A DNA stretch of 64,000 bases, from positions 32,001 through 96,000 of the IMG/VR virus record IMGVR_UViG_3300031857_000053. One strand, 5' to 3'. The translations under genes and the position numbers were made by a program. Source of the DNA: a virus. A model generated the notes under the pieces. That model was not told the DNA's origin, ran no database searches, and was given only the letters and a program-made list of their open reading frames with translations. Each line of letters opens with the position of its first letter. The first letter of the stretch is position 1. Positions 40,301 to 47,753 of the stretch are shown piece by piece.

Positions 40301-41189
40301 GATGCGTAACCAGATCAATACTGTGAAGGTTAAGCTTAATGGTGCCTATGGTCAATTTGATCAACCAGAAGCTCAGCGTTACCTTGCTTATCGTATGATC
40401 TCTTTCTTAAAGAGATATTTTACTCCTATGTTAATCAATCGTTGGGGATATAGTAGCCAAGGAGGACAAATACGTGGTAGGATGAACTATGGTCTTAATG
40501 ATCTAGATACAGGTTTCTATACTAGTAGTATCCGATCTGTTTATCGTATTGCTAGAACAGGTGGAGAATATTGGCACTATATGACACCTGAAGAAAGAGG
40601 AGCTTGGGCTAAGTGGGTTACTGAGATTGGTGGAATTATAGCTATCTCAATATTACTAGGGCCTCTATTTGGATGGGATCCAGAAGATGAGGAGAGATTT
40701 GAAAAGCTTAGACAAAAGAGTGGTGCTATGCCATTACTAGGTCTTACTGAAGATGATCCTGATCATCCATTTAAAGTAGGTGGATGGTTAGAGACACAAG
40801 GATTGATGTTAGCTTTAGGTGTTAAAGCCGAAGCACAAGCTTTTGTTCCTTGGCCAGGTATGGGATTAAATCAATATTATGGTACCCTTACCGATGCTAG
40901 TTCAATAGGATTTGGTGCTACTCTTAAATCATATATGGAGATGTTAGAGTTTGCTTATTATGATATGACAGGTAGCTCAAAAGGTACCTACGCGAAAGAT
41001 GCTGGTGCATATAGATGGCAACAAGAAGGAGGATCTAAGTTTATTACAACACTAATGAAAACAATAGGATTTACTGGTGGTACTGTTGAACCTTGGAGAT
41101 CAATTAAGAATAATCCTCAGATGAATCCGGGTGGTGGTAAAAAGAAAGATGAAGATGAAAATCAAAGTGAGAAAAGTGGTGAAAAATAA
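34308..41189 (+). CDS. Giant ejected polyvalent protein with ART-like module, zincin peptidase, LysM-like domain and C-terminal hydrophobic helices, 2293 aa
   Basis: MxxCPN....W..L start; IVYRG..GFF...A..YA ART-like segment (35181-35516); HEFSH at 35841-35855; YLVQEGDTLSSLAKKF LysM-like segment at 40161-40280; hydrophobic IGGIIAISILLGPLF. Confidence 0.75.
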   Translation: MLVCPNKNTTEWKDLVATVGEFEAFRDFIESDYNIRDPKVVLEKLIKRGITTTSEKVIESSIQEVKPGVPELFDSNPELANVVYEALGFIANINKLKIQDFKTKIGNSENIQDVVEKLKKYVEEFKDAYFVNSTNEDIQSDIYFIKKEAEDKLKQFQKIDDNIKFELVTTKGLSNKQIDVYKSVIDFISKNPTANPNSENYNPKVIESYLKYEHELTDKELRNIFKGKEKQRLLDFIFSQLSLAQASTEEGISELPENLVEKELSKVTPQQKQQALQLYSQYLDSIFPQNTIVYRGSEKGRTQFNTRGFFTEKLSYAKEYAFDKGFVAKSGEGIVNTFLINTANVKNVGEMNTKSIENETQDSVLKGVDKGRARESGVVYATTSKNLHELGGKQDIEGFKEFVNEPQTIIKESVSNPLVEDFFKINEQEMTITPLDTNNANAVGALTALATQLSEQLVVDGEKFKYQFITEEQAAALLADRNEEWDPSKKAFFVGDTVYLVGTNLNLNDVFHEFSHPFLRSIAKANPQLFEKLYQTLASTPEGQLIIDFVKNNYNVEEGSIYFKEEVLVQALTAIADINRNNLVPSSGFSNFIKNLLYQIKQFIRKVFGSKADAKSPIKISSLNENTTLRELSEMLKGGTKFEIVEDSLTEEDFVAYNKSRDEILTDLMKLKQSDKIALTVLAHDTALKQIETVMRSGNYAEIANLLADEFKRGDLNEIKRNLVKFAKPMEDMLLDKKNAIEYTKAHVEAFMASLLRMDKMLKTIEKHLESLRSDMDNIDNLQKAFYYDYLLSDWKKFVDQLREAADGARIPSDSALESLISSLDGSIRKAKTLTGEFYQEGSKDVLYAQLLPMAEKLAEKYSKIFESLNKPGKVASDKIQNMYYKEYYGMTKAEHERHTTLEDLNRKGTLGTQELKELEGLRLLSMNGAQITKYKIEMALKGTYRDANVWNSFFEGYTFNTDPVIGGFATFVKDAMSDAIANAMDKMNNYAADMSGLLTAAGYNPSNPTGLIDKIGRPELIGRVNPDTKEWEEKPVWTLMSLHKNWKIELDRKRRDIDNAQRDYIENGTDENKKKLSDAIASRKKLMRDYFYQEYDQKVYLRERLLEDPLGRAAAYEIEKVMDEITKLNRLAINQLEEIKIAEKLDLLWQDYNQLFSEIDLNGNRKTGEALLIAKRLKEYRAADIDPATGKSFRESKLIRGLFENTLAQFEQELIDIEKLVPGSDEFKLRRSEWIRKNTRVVVKPEFYEQIKIWTAAVAEILAKLPDAERKKVTIAQIMSDITDLTSGNRDESGQINGTNFTPDAASFIKGQQEKMIKAQEEFDGINGLTKKESKYLSYLFDIINEGGVLDADEKADMKALLEKKKDGLSFFDKQTLYALFAKLRDFKKKDATSYYTAIFNNHLSKLDTNILQPLLEGRNINSATANLVLEEYIVNNLINQNTPEGQQFKDWFLKNHIQKEVYDKDLGETKKVWERIYIWNINKPVDENYYDKHTFVNSNGESETLPGLPAYKYYKSVVKSQYRTERIIGKTVDNMRNWLPREDVPNSPYINEDYLRLQKEDPAHFAVLEKMKEHHIKNQEGLGYKSRLYLDVPRYRKNNAELLKTRSIKQLSKLAAQGNLPFLSIIMERARDFFRRAKDEYGSQYGWDDTKMLVRADMFSNDVISVPITGLYDLNIDDVSTDLNESINRYMFSAERQKKLIEISPIAKALRQTLNDPKNMLDDTTKLDKWNFLNRGMMTYIKKKGYYVRKSAVNNFIEREFEGKTTAGWSKDIPWMQNLANLVLGRASFAFFALNIPSALKNVFSAKYQSMIESSGGQYVDRMSLLRGEGWGFKTMMQVSSEIYKRGVKPLNMQIADSFDIVSDRAEQKLPESMSRNFTEDVASMTWLYNFRKWTEDEAQMQLGSSMLYKRKIMMAGKEVSYMEAWQLKDNKLALKDGIDIRYANKPTEYLVQEGDTLSSLAKKFNMPEDAIKRLYEEEDLYEGKKIKINNIYFKEMRNQINTVKVKLNGAYGQFDQPEAQRYLAYRMISFLKRYFTPMLINRWGYSSQGGQIRGRMNYGLNDLDTGFYTSSIRSVYRIARTGGEYWHYMTPEERGAWAKWVTEIGGIIAISILLGPLFGWDPEDEERFEKLRQKSGAMPLLGLTEDDPDHPFKVGGWLETQGLMLALGVKAEAQAFVPWPGMGLNQYYGTLTDASSIGFGATLKSYMEMLEFAYYDMTGSSKGTYAKDAGAYRWQQEGGSKFITTLMKTIGFTGGTVEPWRSIKNNPQMNPGGGKKKDEDENQSEKSGEK

Positions 41190-41214
41190 CAATAAAGAAA
41201 TTTACAAGCTTTGG

Positions 41215-41254
41215 AAAAAAAAGAAGAGAGGGAATAAACCCTCTCTTTCTTTTT
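41215..41254. terminator. Bidirectional intrinsic terminator between convergent gene blocks
   Basis: Stem AGAGAGGG (41225-41232) / CCCTCTCT (41239-41246) with a 6-nt loop, an A-tract on the left and a T-tract on the right. Confidence 0.85.
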
Positions 41255-41261
41255 AACTTAA

Positions 41262-42071
41262 TTACACTTGAGCTTCTGAACTAAATTCGATTTCTTGTTG
41301 ATTAGGTTCTTCTGTTTGAGGTTCAGCAATTGGTGTTGGTTGTATGTAGCCTGGGGTGATATTATACATATCACATAGGAACCAGTGTATAAGTCTTTGT
41401 TGATCTAGCCAGCTCTTAGGATGAGACCTTTGTAAGCTAAAGATAATATGACAATATAAAATCCATAAGCTATCCTTATTAGCCGTGTATTTGTAAGTAG
41501 GTTTTTTGATCTCACTACAAACAATGTTAAGCTGTTCTGATGATAGTAAATTGTGCTCAACATAAAGCACTCCCATAATCTCGGCTCTAGTTCGAGTTGT
41601 TAGGATTATATTCTTCATAGCCTCCTTGTCTTGCACTAGTATATCATAATATTTTTGGGCTGATTGTATTTGGTTTTTGATTGTTGTTATTGTTTCTGTA
41701 TCGGCATCCCCTGTGTGTTTTCTTCCCCATGTTCCTAGGTTTCCAGATAAAACAATACTCCCCGATGTTGGCAAATATCCACCTGTTGCACATTTGAATC
41801 TCATCGATTTATCATATGAATTTGCCCAAGCAAACATCATCTTCATTTCTTGATCTTCTCCTCCTTTTAGGTGTATACGACCCGAGGCTACTTGGCATTC
41901 GTGAGAAGCTTTATACTCCTCACTTTCTATTGAAAATCCCGCGTCTGTTAACGCTTTATTTACTTCATCAATAACAAACTGATGTGGTATTACTGTGTAG
42001 GTACTAGCATGATTTGGTAGAGCAGCATTTATTAGTGTGCTCTTAGGTACAATGTTTATTCTTCTTGACAT
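41262..42071 (-). CDS. DUF932/DUF945-family protein
   Basis: TYTVIPH, WANSYDKSMRF..ATG, RKHTG and SLW.LY..I...L...HP motifs. Confidence 0.65.
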   Translation of the reverse strand: MSRRINIVPKSTLINAALPNHASTYTVIPHQFVIDEVNKALTDAGFSIESEEYKASHECQVASGRIHLKGGEDQEMKMMFAWANSYDKSMRFKCATGGYLPTSGSIVLSGNLGTWGRKHTGDADTETITTIKNQIQSAQKYYDILVQDKEAMKNIILTTRTRAEIMGVLYVEHNLLSSEQLNIVCSEIKKPTYKYTANKDSLWILYCHIIFSLQRSHPKSWLDQQRLIHWFLCDMYNITPGYIQPTPIAEPQTEEPNQQEIEFSSEAQV

Positions 42072-42075
42072 AAGA

Positions 42076-43995
42076 TTAATTATAGATTATTTCTATTTGA
42101 TTATTTTTCTTGGGGATGACACTAGCTATCTCTTTATAGATACTTTTTAGATAGTAGCTTTCATCTATAGAATACTCTTCCCAATTTTTATTTTCTACTT
42201 TATTAAATACTTCTTGCATCCACTGACCAGCTTCTAATTGGATCTCTCGCTTATCGGTTTTATTTACTTTAATTATCTTACAACCTTTAGATGTTATATA
42301 ATATCTTAAAGTATTTTGTAAATCTCCGTAAACAATTTCTTGATTAACTACACAAGTTTGTTTGAAGCCCCAATCTCCTTTTATTTTTACACCAGCACAG
42401 TAGTCAAAAATATTTTTGTTTTCTGTTAGTGTTTTCTCAGGTGGGATATCATAGACTAGATAATTATATACAGCTTTTCTTACTACTAGAAAACTTTTAT
42501 TTTTATGTAAAGCGATATCTTCAAATTCAAATCTACCTTTACATTTTGGTTTCTTATTTGGATCCTCAAATACTGCGATATAATTATTTACATCAGCTAG
42601 AAATATCTTTTTATATTGTTCATGTTCTAGTTCTAAACTAGTCATATTCTCCCATTGCTTACATATCTCTAGATACTTTTCCTTTTTATCTTTAGGTATC
42701 ATCATCTCTAGACCATCTGTATTTTGCATTACTGGTATACTTCCAGGGATACCTTCTGATAACATCTCATATAGCATAGTTAATAATAGCTGACCATTAA
42801 TTGTGATCTGCATACCAAATTGCGCATCATATAGAAAAGATGTAGGATCGATACTTAATCCATATGTACTATTCAGGATGATTTTGTAGACATAGTTCTT
42901 TGGATCTTTCTTGGGGATTTTTTTCCTCTCTTCGAAAAACCATTCATATAAACTACAAAAGTGATCCTTTGGTAAATGAGCCGGAGCCCAACCATTGCGG
43001 ATGGCTAAATTAGGATAGAAGCTTGTTACATCAGAGCTCATGATAATCATATCCTCTGTTGCTTCATAGATTCCATTTTTATTGGCACCGTGTAGTCCGC
43101 CAAGACCATATTCTGTTAGCATATTCTTATGCTTAAGCTTAAACTTAAATGCTCCTTTTATATTTCTAGGATCTATTATAAGATTCTCATAAGCTCTAAG
43201 AAGTGGTTTGAATTCTGGTTGATTAAATTTGACATATGGTAATAGTATATCTTTTACCTTAATTTCTTTTCTATTTGTTTTGAGTTGTTTGAGATCATAC
43301 TTTGACTCTCCTAGTTTTTTACTTAGAAAATGTAAAAATAGTTCTTTGGATATTTTTGGTTCAGAGGCGCTGTATAAGTTGATCTTGTATTCATCAGTAA
43401 GGGTAGCTCTAAGGTTTACTTGTGAAGAAGATCTGTGAAGTATTTCTTTAGTTGATTTTACATCATTACAACAATAATCTATTATTAGATTAATCTCTTT
43501 CATTGTTGTTATCTCAGTTGTGTGATGTATAGGCATCTCTTGAATATTCATCCAATCCATAGAATACTGTATCCACTTTAGTCCCGATCTTTTAGCAGCA
43601 TTGTCCCAGTGATTTAGTTTAAAAACATCTACTTGTTTTATTGATAGATTTTTTTCACTATACTCAGGAAACTCTCCTGTATTAGATCTTTCAATTGTTT
43701 TCTGAGCTTGTTTATAAATATCTTTTGCTATGTCTTCTGCGTGAGACTCTAGTAAGATAGTTTTATTTTTTAATATATATTCCGTGATTTGCGAGTCAAA
43801 GGATAATCCATTAAAGGATACATGCCACTCTTGCTCACTAATATTTTTTTCTAAAAATTTTATTAATTCAGCTATATGATTAGCTTTTTTATGGACAATA
43901 AATATCATCCTATTTGTGCTTGATACTTCTTCAAACACTGCTACAAAACAATTACTAAGTGTTTCGTAGTCCATTACCCAATGTGTTTTTTCCAT
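42076..43995 (-). CDS. polB: Family B DNA polymerase with 3'-5' exonuclease
   Basis: ExoI DYE, ExoII FNGLSFD, ExoIII YCCND; polymerase motifs DVTSFYPN, KIILNSTYG and NTDG; uninterrupted frame. Confidence 0.92.
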   Translation of the reverse strand: MEKTHWVMDYETLSNCFVAVFEEVSSTNRMIFIVHKKANHIAELIKFLEKNISEQEWHVSFNGLSFDSQITEYILKNKTILLESHAEDIAKDIYKQAQKTIERSNTGEFPEYSEKNLSIKQVDVFKLNHWDNAAKRSGLKWIQYSMDWMNIQEMPIHHTTEITTMKEINLIIDYCCNDVKSTKEILHRSSSQVNLRATLTDEYKINLYSASEPKISKELFLHFLSKKLGESKYDLKQLKTNRKEIKVKDILLPYVKFNQPEFKPLLRAYENLIIDPRNIKGAFKFKLKHKNMLTEYGLGGLHGANKNGIYEATEDMIIMSSDVTSFYPNLAIRNGWAPAHLPKDHFCSLYEWFFEERKKIPKKDPKNYVYKIILNSTYGLSIDPTSFLYDAQFGMQITINGQLLLTMLYEMLSEGIPGSIPVMQNTDGLEMMIPKDKKEKYLEICKQWENMTSLELEHEQYKKIFLADVNNYIAVFEDPNKKPKCKGRFEFEDIALHKNKSFLVVRKAVYNYLVYDIPPEKTLTENKNIFDYCAGVKIKGDWGFKQTCVVNQEIVYGDLQNTLRYYITSKGCKIIKVNKTDKREIQLEAGQWMQEVFNKVENKNWEEYSIDESYYLKSIYKEIASVIPKKNNQIEIIYN

Positions 43996-44035
43996 AATGG
44001 ATTGTTCAGTTAAGCTGTTCCCCCGATTATAGATA

Positions 44036-44066
44036 GAAAAAGCGAGACATTATATCTCGCTTTATC
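44036..44066 (-). terminator. Intrinsic terminator-like hairpin upstream of polB
   Basis: AAAGCGAGA (44039-44047) / TCTCGCTTT (44055-44063), with a U-tract on the - strand. Confidence 0.65.
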
Positions 44067-44083
44067 TTCTGAGTTATTTTTGA

Positions 44084-44464
44084 TTATTGTTCTACTTCTT
44101 CTTTTACTTTCATATCAATGAAGTATTTTTTATAATCAAATGAATCTAAATTAATAGCAAAGAGTTCGATTATATTACTAATCTCTTCTTTATTAATCAT
44201 AAAGTATTCATATTCTACATTGACAAGTTTTCTTTCTTGTGCTGGTTGGTTGGTTCCCTTAACCATGACGATATTACCTTTATCATCCACCTTATCGATA
44301 AACTTAAACATTTGTTTAGCTTGTTTATTCATGATACCAAGTCCTTGATGACGCGGCATGAAAATCATTTCTAGGTAAGGACAATCCGAGGTTATCGGCA
44401 TTAGTCTAAAAGTTGGGATACCTTCCCAATCTGATGAATAGAGTAACATTGATTTAGCTGACAT
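44084..44464 (-). CDS. Hypothetical phage protein
   Basis: 126-aa ORF co-oriented in the replication operon, A-rich leader. Confidence 0.7.
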   Translation of the reverse strand: MSAKSMLLYSSDWEGIPTFRLMPITSDCPYLEMIFMPRHQGLGIMNKQAKQMFKFIDKVDDKGNIVMVKGTNQPAQERKLVNVEYEYFMINKEEISNIIELFAINLDSFDYKKYFIDMKVKEEVEQ

Positions 44465-44491
44465 ATACTTTTTTTTATTGGTTTTTACAAA

Positions 44492-45073
44492 TTAAGATAA
44501 TCCCTTTATCATATGCAAATCTTTTATTTCTGCAAATAGATTTTCTTTTTCTAAATCTGGTTTGGAACATAATTCTTTTACATTTTTCAATATGTTGTAC
44601 ATCTCTTTATAATCTTTTTGATCAACAATCAATAGCTCAACATATAGAGTATGAAATCTTTCAGGGTATAAATAGCTATCTATTATTCCTCTATTATTTA
44701 CTCCAAAAAAGTTTCTAATCTTTTGTTTAAGATCATTACTTAATTTTGAGTATTTACCATTTATAAAATTATCCCAATCATTTTGCATATGACTAAAATC
44801 AAATGTATAAATCCCCATACCATCTTTTGTAATTTTGAAATCGTGAAACATTTTATGTCCCATCAGCTTATCCTTTTCGAATCTTTTAAATTCTTCATCA
44901 TCTCGTAAATGATACACACACGATAGTTTTCTATCCTCCAATTTGTATCTATCGTTCCAACTTGTATAAGTTTGGATTGGTGTAACACTACTACCTCTTT
45001 TCAATTCTAGAGCAGGATATAGAAATAACCTGCTCTTTTGAATATAATCTTTGTATACGGATAAACCTCCCAT
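44492..45073 (-). CDS. Conserved hypothetical phage protein
   Basis: 193-aa ORF with KSRLFLYP and F..GKYSKLS motifs, next to the nuclease gene. Confidence 0.7.
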   Translation of the reverse strand: MGGLSVYKDYIQKSRLFLYPALELKRGSSVTPIQTYTSWNDRYKLEDRKLSCVYHLRDDEEFKRFEKDKLMGHKMFHDFKITKDGMGIYTFDFSHMQNDWDNFINGKYSKLSNDLKQKIRNFFGVNNRGIIDSYLYPERFHTLYVELLIVDQKDYKEMYNILKNVKELCSKPDLEKENLFAEIKDLHMIKGLS

Positions 45074-45088
45074 GGTTTTTAAAATATT

Positions 45089-46126
45089 TTAAAGTAAGAC
45101 ATTGGTTGTTGCTAGCTCGTATGGAAGATCATATCTATTATTTGAATAGTGCCAATCTGCTTTCTTAAGTTCTTTCTCTAGGTTCTCCTCCCAAGCTTTC
45201 ATTGTATTCTCTGATACACCAAAGCAATAACTTTGTTTGTATTTATCAATAACAATAAAAGTAAACTTTATATCCCACTCATTAGGATCAAGACCATTTG
45301 CTAATAGAAATGTTTCCGTGACTAGTTTTTTATACAATGCTGCTTGTATCCATAGTTTGTAAAACTCTACGGTTTCAGGAAACTCGGATAATGTTTTAGA
45401 TGTGGTTTTTAAGTCATTAATCTTAATGCTTTTATTTGTGCTATCTATAACTAGATTATCTAGAATTCCTTTTAATCCGGTATTGCGAGACTCTTCCTTT
45501 TCTATTTGGATACCAAACTCATTGAATACTTGGCTATTTTCTCCAAGATTTAATTTTCCTAAGAGGGTCATTATTTCTTCATTTTCTTTGAGTTGCTCTA
45601 CAATATCTACACATGCACTATGAGTTGGAAGATCTACGATACTTTTATCTTGCCGATTAAATAAAAATTCGAAGTATTCTTGATGAGAGTCTGTTATAAT
45701 TTTTTCTATTCTTTGCTCATCTGTTTTGAGTGATTGATAAAGGTTTACTTCTTTGAGGATATCAATAATAGCATCTTTGTGATCTGATAATTGATTCTTT
45801 GCGGGCTCTTCGAATCCACCTACAGTAGTAAGATTAAGTTGAAGTTGGAATACTTGTTCGATAACTTTTTTTGGATTTTCGCTTGGTTGATTTCCCGGTA
45901 GAAGTATAAACTGATTTTTAAAATTATCAGGATCCAACAACAAGCAATGGATAAGTTTACCCATTAGCGTTGCTGAAGTTTCTACATCTTCCTTTTGTCC
46001 TAATATATAATGGTTATAAAATAGATTAGGTGAGTATAAAAGTTTATTTAAACTTGAATAACTAAAATAAAAATCTTTTAGATAAAAGTTTTCTTCTGCT
46101 GTTTTTTGTTCTATTGTTTTATTCAT
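45089..46126 (-). CDS. PD-(D/E)XK exonuclease (RecE/exonuclease VIII, DUF3799-like)
   Basis: FSYSSL, G.LIH..LL, LKGILD, INDLKTT and IQAALY motifs. Confidence 0.8.
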   Translation of the reverse strand: MNKTIEQKTAEENFYLKDFYFSYSSLNKLLYSPNLFYNHYILGQKEDVETSATLMGKLIHCLLLDPDNFKNQFILLPGNQPSENPKKVIEQVFQLQLNLTTVGGFEEPAKNQLSDHKDAIIDILKEVNLYQSLKTDEQRIEKIITDSHQEYFEFLFNRQDKSIVDLPTHSACVDIVEQLKENEEIMTLLGKLNLGENSQVFNEFGIQIEKEESRNTGLKGILDNLVIDSTNKSIKINDLKTTSKTLSEFPETVEFYKLWIQAALYKKLVTETFLLANGLDPNEWDIKFTFIVIDKYKQSYCFGVSENTMKAWEENLEKELKKADWHYSNNRYDLPYELATTNVLL

Positions 46127-46134
46127 AATTTAAT

Positions 46135-47265
46135 TTAAAATAGATAATCTTCTGTTTCATTTTCATCATCATCATTATCTTCAATATCTTCTTCTTTTTT
46201 TTCTTCATCATTTACAAAACATCCTTTTTCCATAGCTTTTTGTAATTCTTCAGTAGGAGTAATTACATCAGCTACAAAATAATCACTATTAGTATTTACT
46301 CTAATTGAATCATCTTTTTTACCAAGTGCTAAAACAATATCCATATTTTCTTTAGTGATTTGTTTATGGTCTGATAATATTTGAATTACATGATCAATAT
46401 TTAAATAATACCAATTACGTTTTATATTTAAAAATTCTAGGAGTGATTTGAAGTTTACGTGACTACACTCTTTTTTGTATTTAAGTGTATTTCCGTGGTT
46501 CTTGAGTAGGAAGAGCAAATATACTAAAGAAGTTTCATAATCACAATTTGCCATAAGCTCAATTGCTAACACATTATTGTTATCATCTGAAGATTCTAGC
46601 ATCTCACTTATTTCTTCATAGCCTTTTTCATCTATAGTAACAGCGTTTGAAATATACTTTTGTAATTCTTTATCTTGTATAAAAGGTTTATCAGTATTTA
46701 CTAAAAAATCTAATAACTCTAGATGAGTTTCTTTAACTGTCCAATAATGTTTACCATTATATCTACTTCTATCTTCAGAAGATAACATCCACCAATCAAG
46801 ATCAATAAAATCATTAGGATGTTCTATTGTTAAATTAAGAACATCTTTAATTTTATCTGTTGAAATATTTGGATTATCTTCTTTTGCTTCAATTATTTTT
46901 TCTTTTATAATTGGTGTATAATCTTCACACTGTATATAGTAAGAATATTTTTTGCTTATAAGTTTATCTATAGCATTTTCATTATACACTATTACATCAG
47001 CTGATTTTATATTCTTTACTATACTTATAAAATCAGCTTCTTTTATTTTATTTAATTTAAATCTTGGTAAGATACAATTAGGAATAAAATATATTTTCTC
47101 TCCACCTTTTAATGTTGTTATTGATTTAGTTGCAAATAAATCTCTAAAGCAATCATCATTAAATGTTTTAGCTGGAACTATATATTTTGTTTTTTCTTTG
47201 CTAAGCGTCAACTGAAGATTATAACCTGTTGTTGCATGAGCTTTTTTAAAAAGTTCTTTTATCAT
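46135..47265 (-). CDS. Hypothetical protein with possible BRCT-like N-terminus and shared ML.S.D..N motif
   Basis: 376-aa ORF; IYF.P....PRFKL..IV...K.AD.IV segment; YEEISEMLESSDDNNNVLAIELMANCD; acidic tail. Confidence 0.6.
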   Translation of the reverse strand: MIKELFKKAHATTGYNLQLTLSKEKTKYIVPAKTFNDDCFRDLFATKSITTLKGGEKIYFIPNCILPRFKLNKIKEADFISIVKNIKSADVIVYNENAIDKLISKKYSYYIQCEDYTPIIKEKIIEAKEDNPNISTDKIKDVLNLTIEHPNDFIDLDWWMLSSEDRSRYNGKHYWTVKETHLELLDFLVNTDKPFIQDKELQKYISNAVTIDEKGYEEISEMLESSDDNNNVLAIELMANCDYETSLVYLLFLLKNHGNTLKYKKECSHVNFKSLLEFLNIKRNWYYLNIDHVIQILSDHKQITKENMDIVLALGKKDDSIRVNTNSDYFVADVITPTEELQKAMEKGCFVNDEEKKEEDIEDNDDDENETEDYLF

Positions 47266-47747
47266 ATATCTTTTTTTAAATGAGGATATTCATCTTTAGC
47301 ATCATATGTAATATTAAATAATTTTGTTATTATTAAATCTTTCATTCGGTTTTCTATATGATTATGTAGTGCTTCTTTATAGTTCTTTTGTATAAAATCA
47401 TCTACAAAATTTATATCTTTTTCTAATAATTTTCTTACAAATTGTAATTCACTCCAGGAATATACTTCTCTATAAGAGAATACTTTATTTAGATCTCTTC
47501 CTTTTTTTGTTCTAAGATTTGCAAAATTAGTAACTACTGTATAGTTATAATGTATCATTTGATATAAATAATGCCAATTAGATGGGATAGTAAGATTAAC
47601 ATTTAATATTAAATTTTGACCCATTATAATATTTTCGGTATCTCTACTAGTTAACATACCTTTTATTGTATCAGCTTGTTCTTGTGTTAACACTAAGCTC
47701 CCAATAGGGAGCTCAGTATTAGGATAACATTTTACTTCTTTTATCAT
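47262..47747 (-). CDS. Hypothetical protein with ML.S.D.EN motif
   Basis: 161-aa ORF with an ATGA overlap to the downstream gene; TIKGMLTSRDTENIIMG. Confidence 0.65.
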   Translation of the reverse strand: MIKEVKCYPNTELPIGSLVLTQEQADTIKGMLTSRDTENIIMGQNLILNVNLTIPSNWHYLYQMIHYNYTVVTNFANLRTKKGRDLNKVFSYREVYSWSELQFVRKLLEKDINFVDDFIQKNYKEALHNHIENRMKDLIITKLFNITYDAKDEYPHLKKDI

Positions 47748-47753
47748 ATAAAA

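Noticed and set aside
21930-43995. Inteins or group I introns in RNAP or PolB
   Set aside because: Frames are continuous, and no intein splice-junction or homing endonuclease motifs were noticed.
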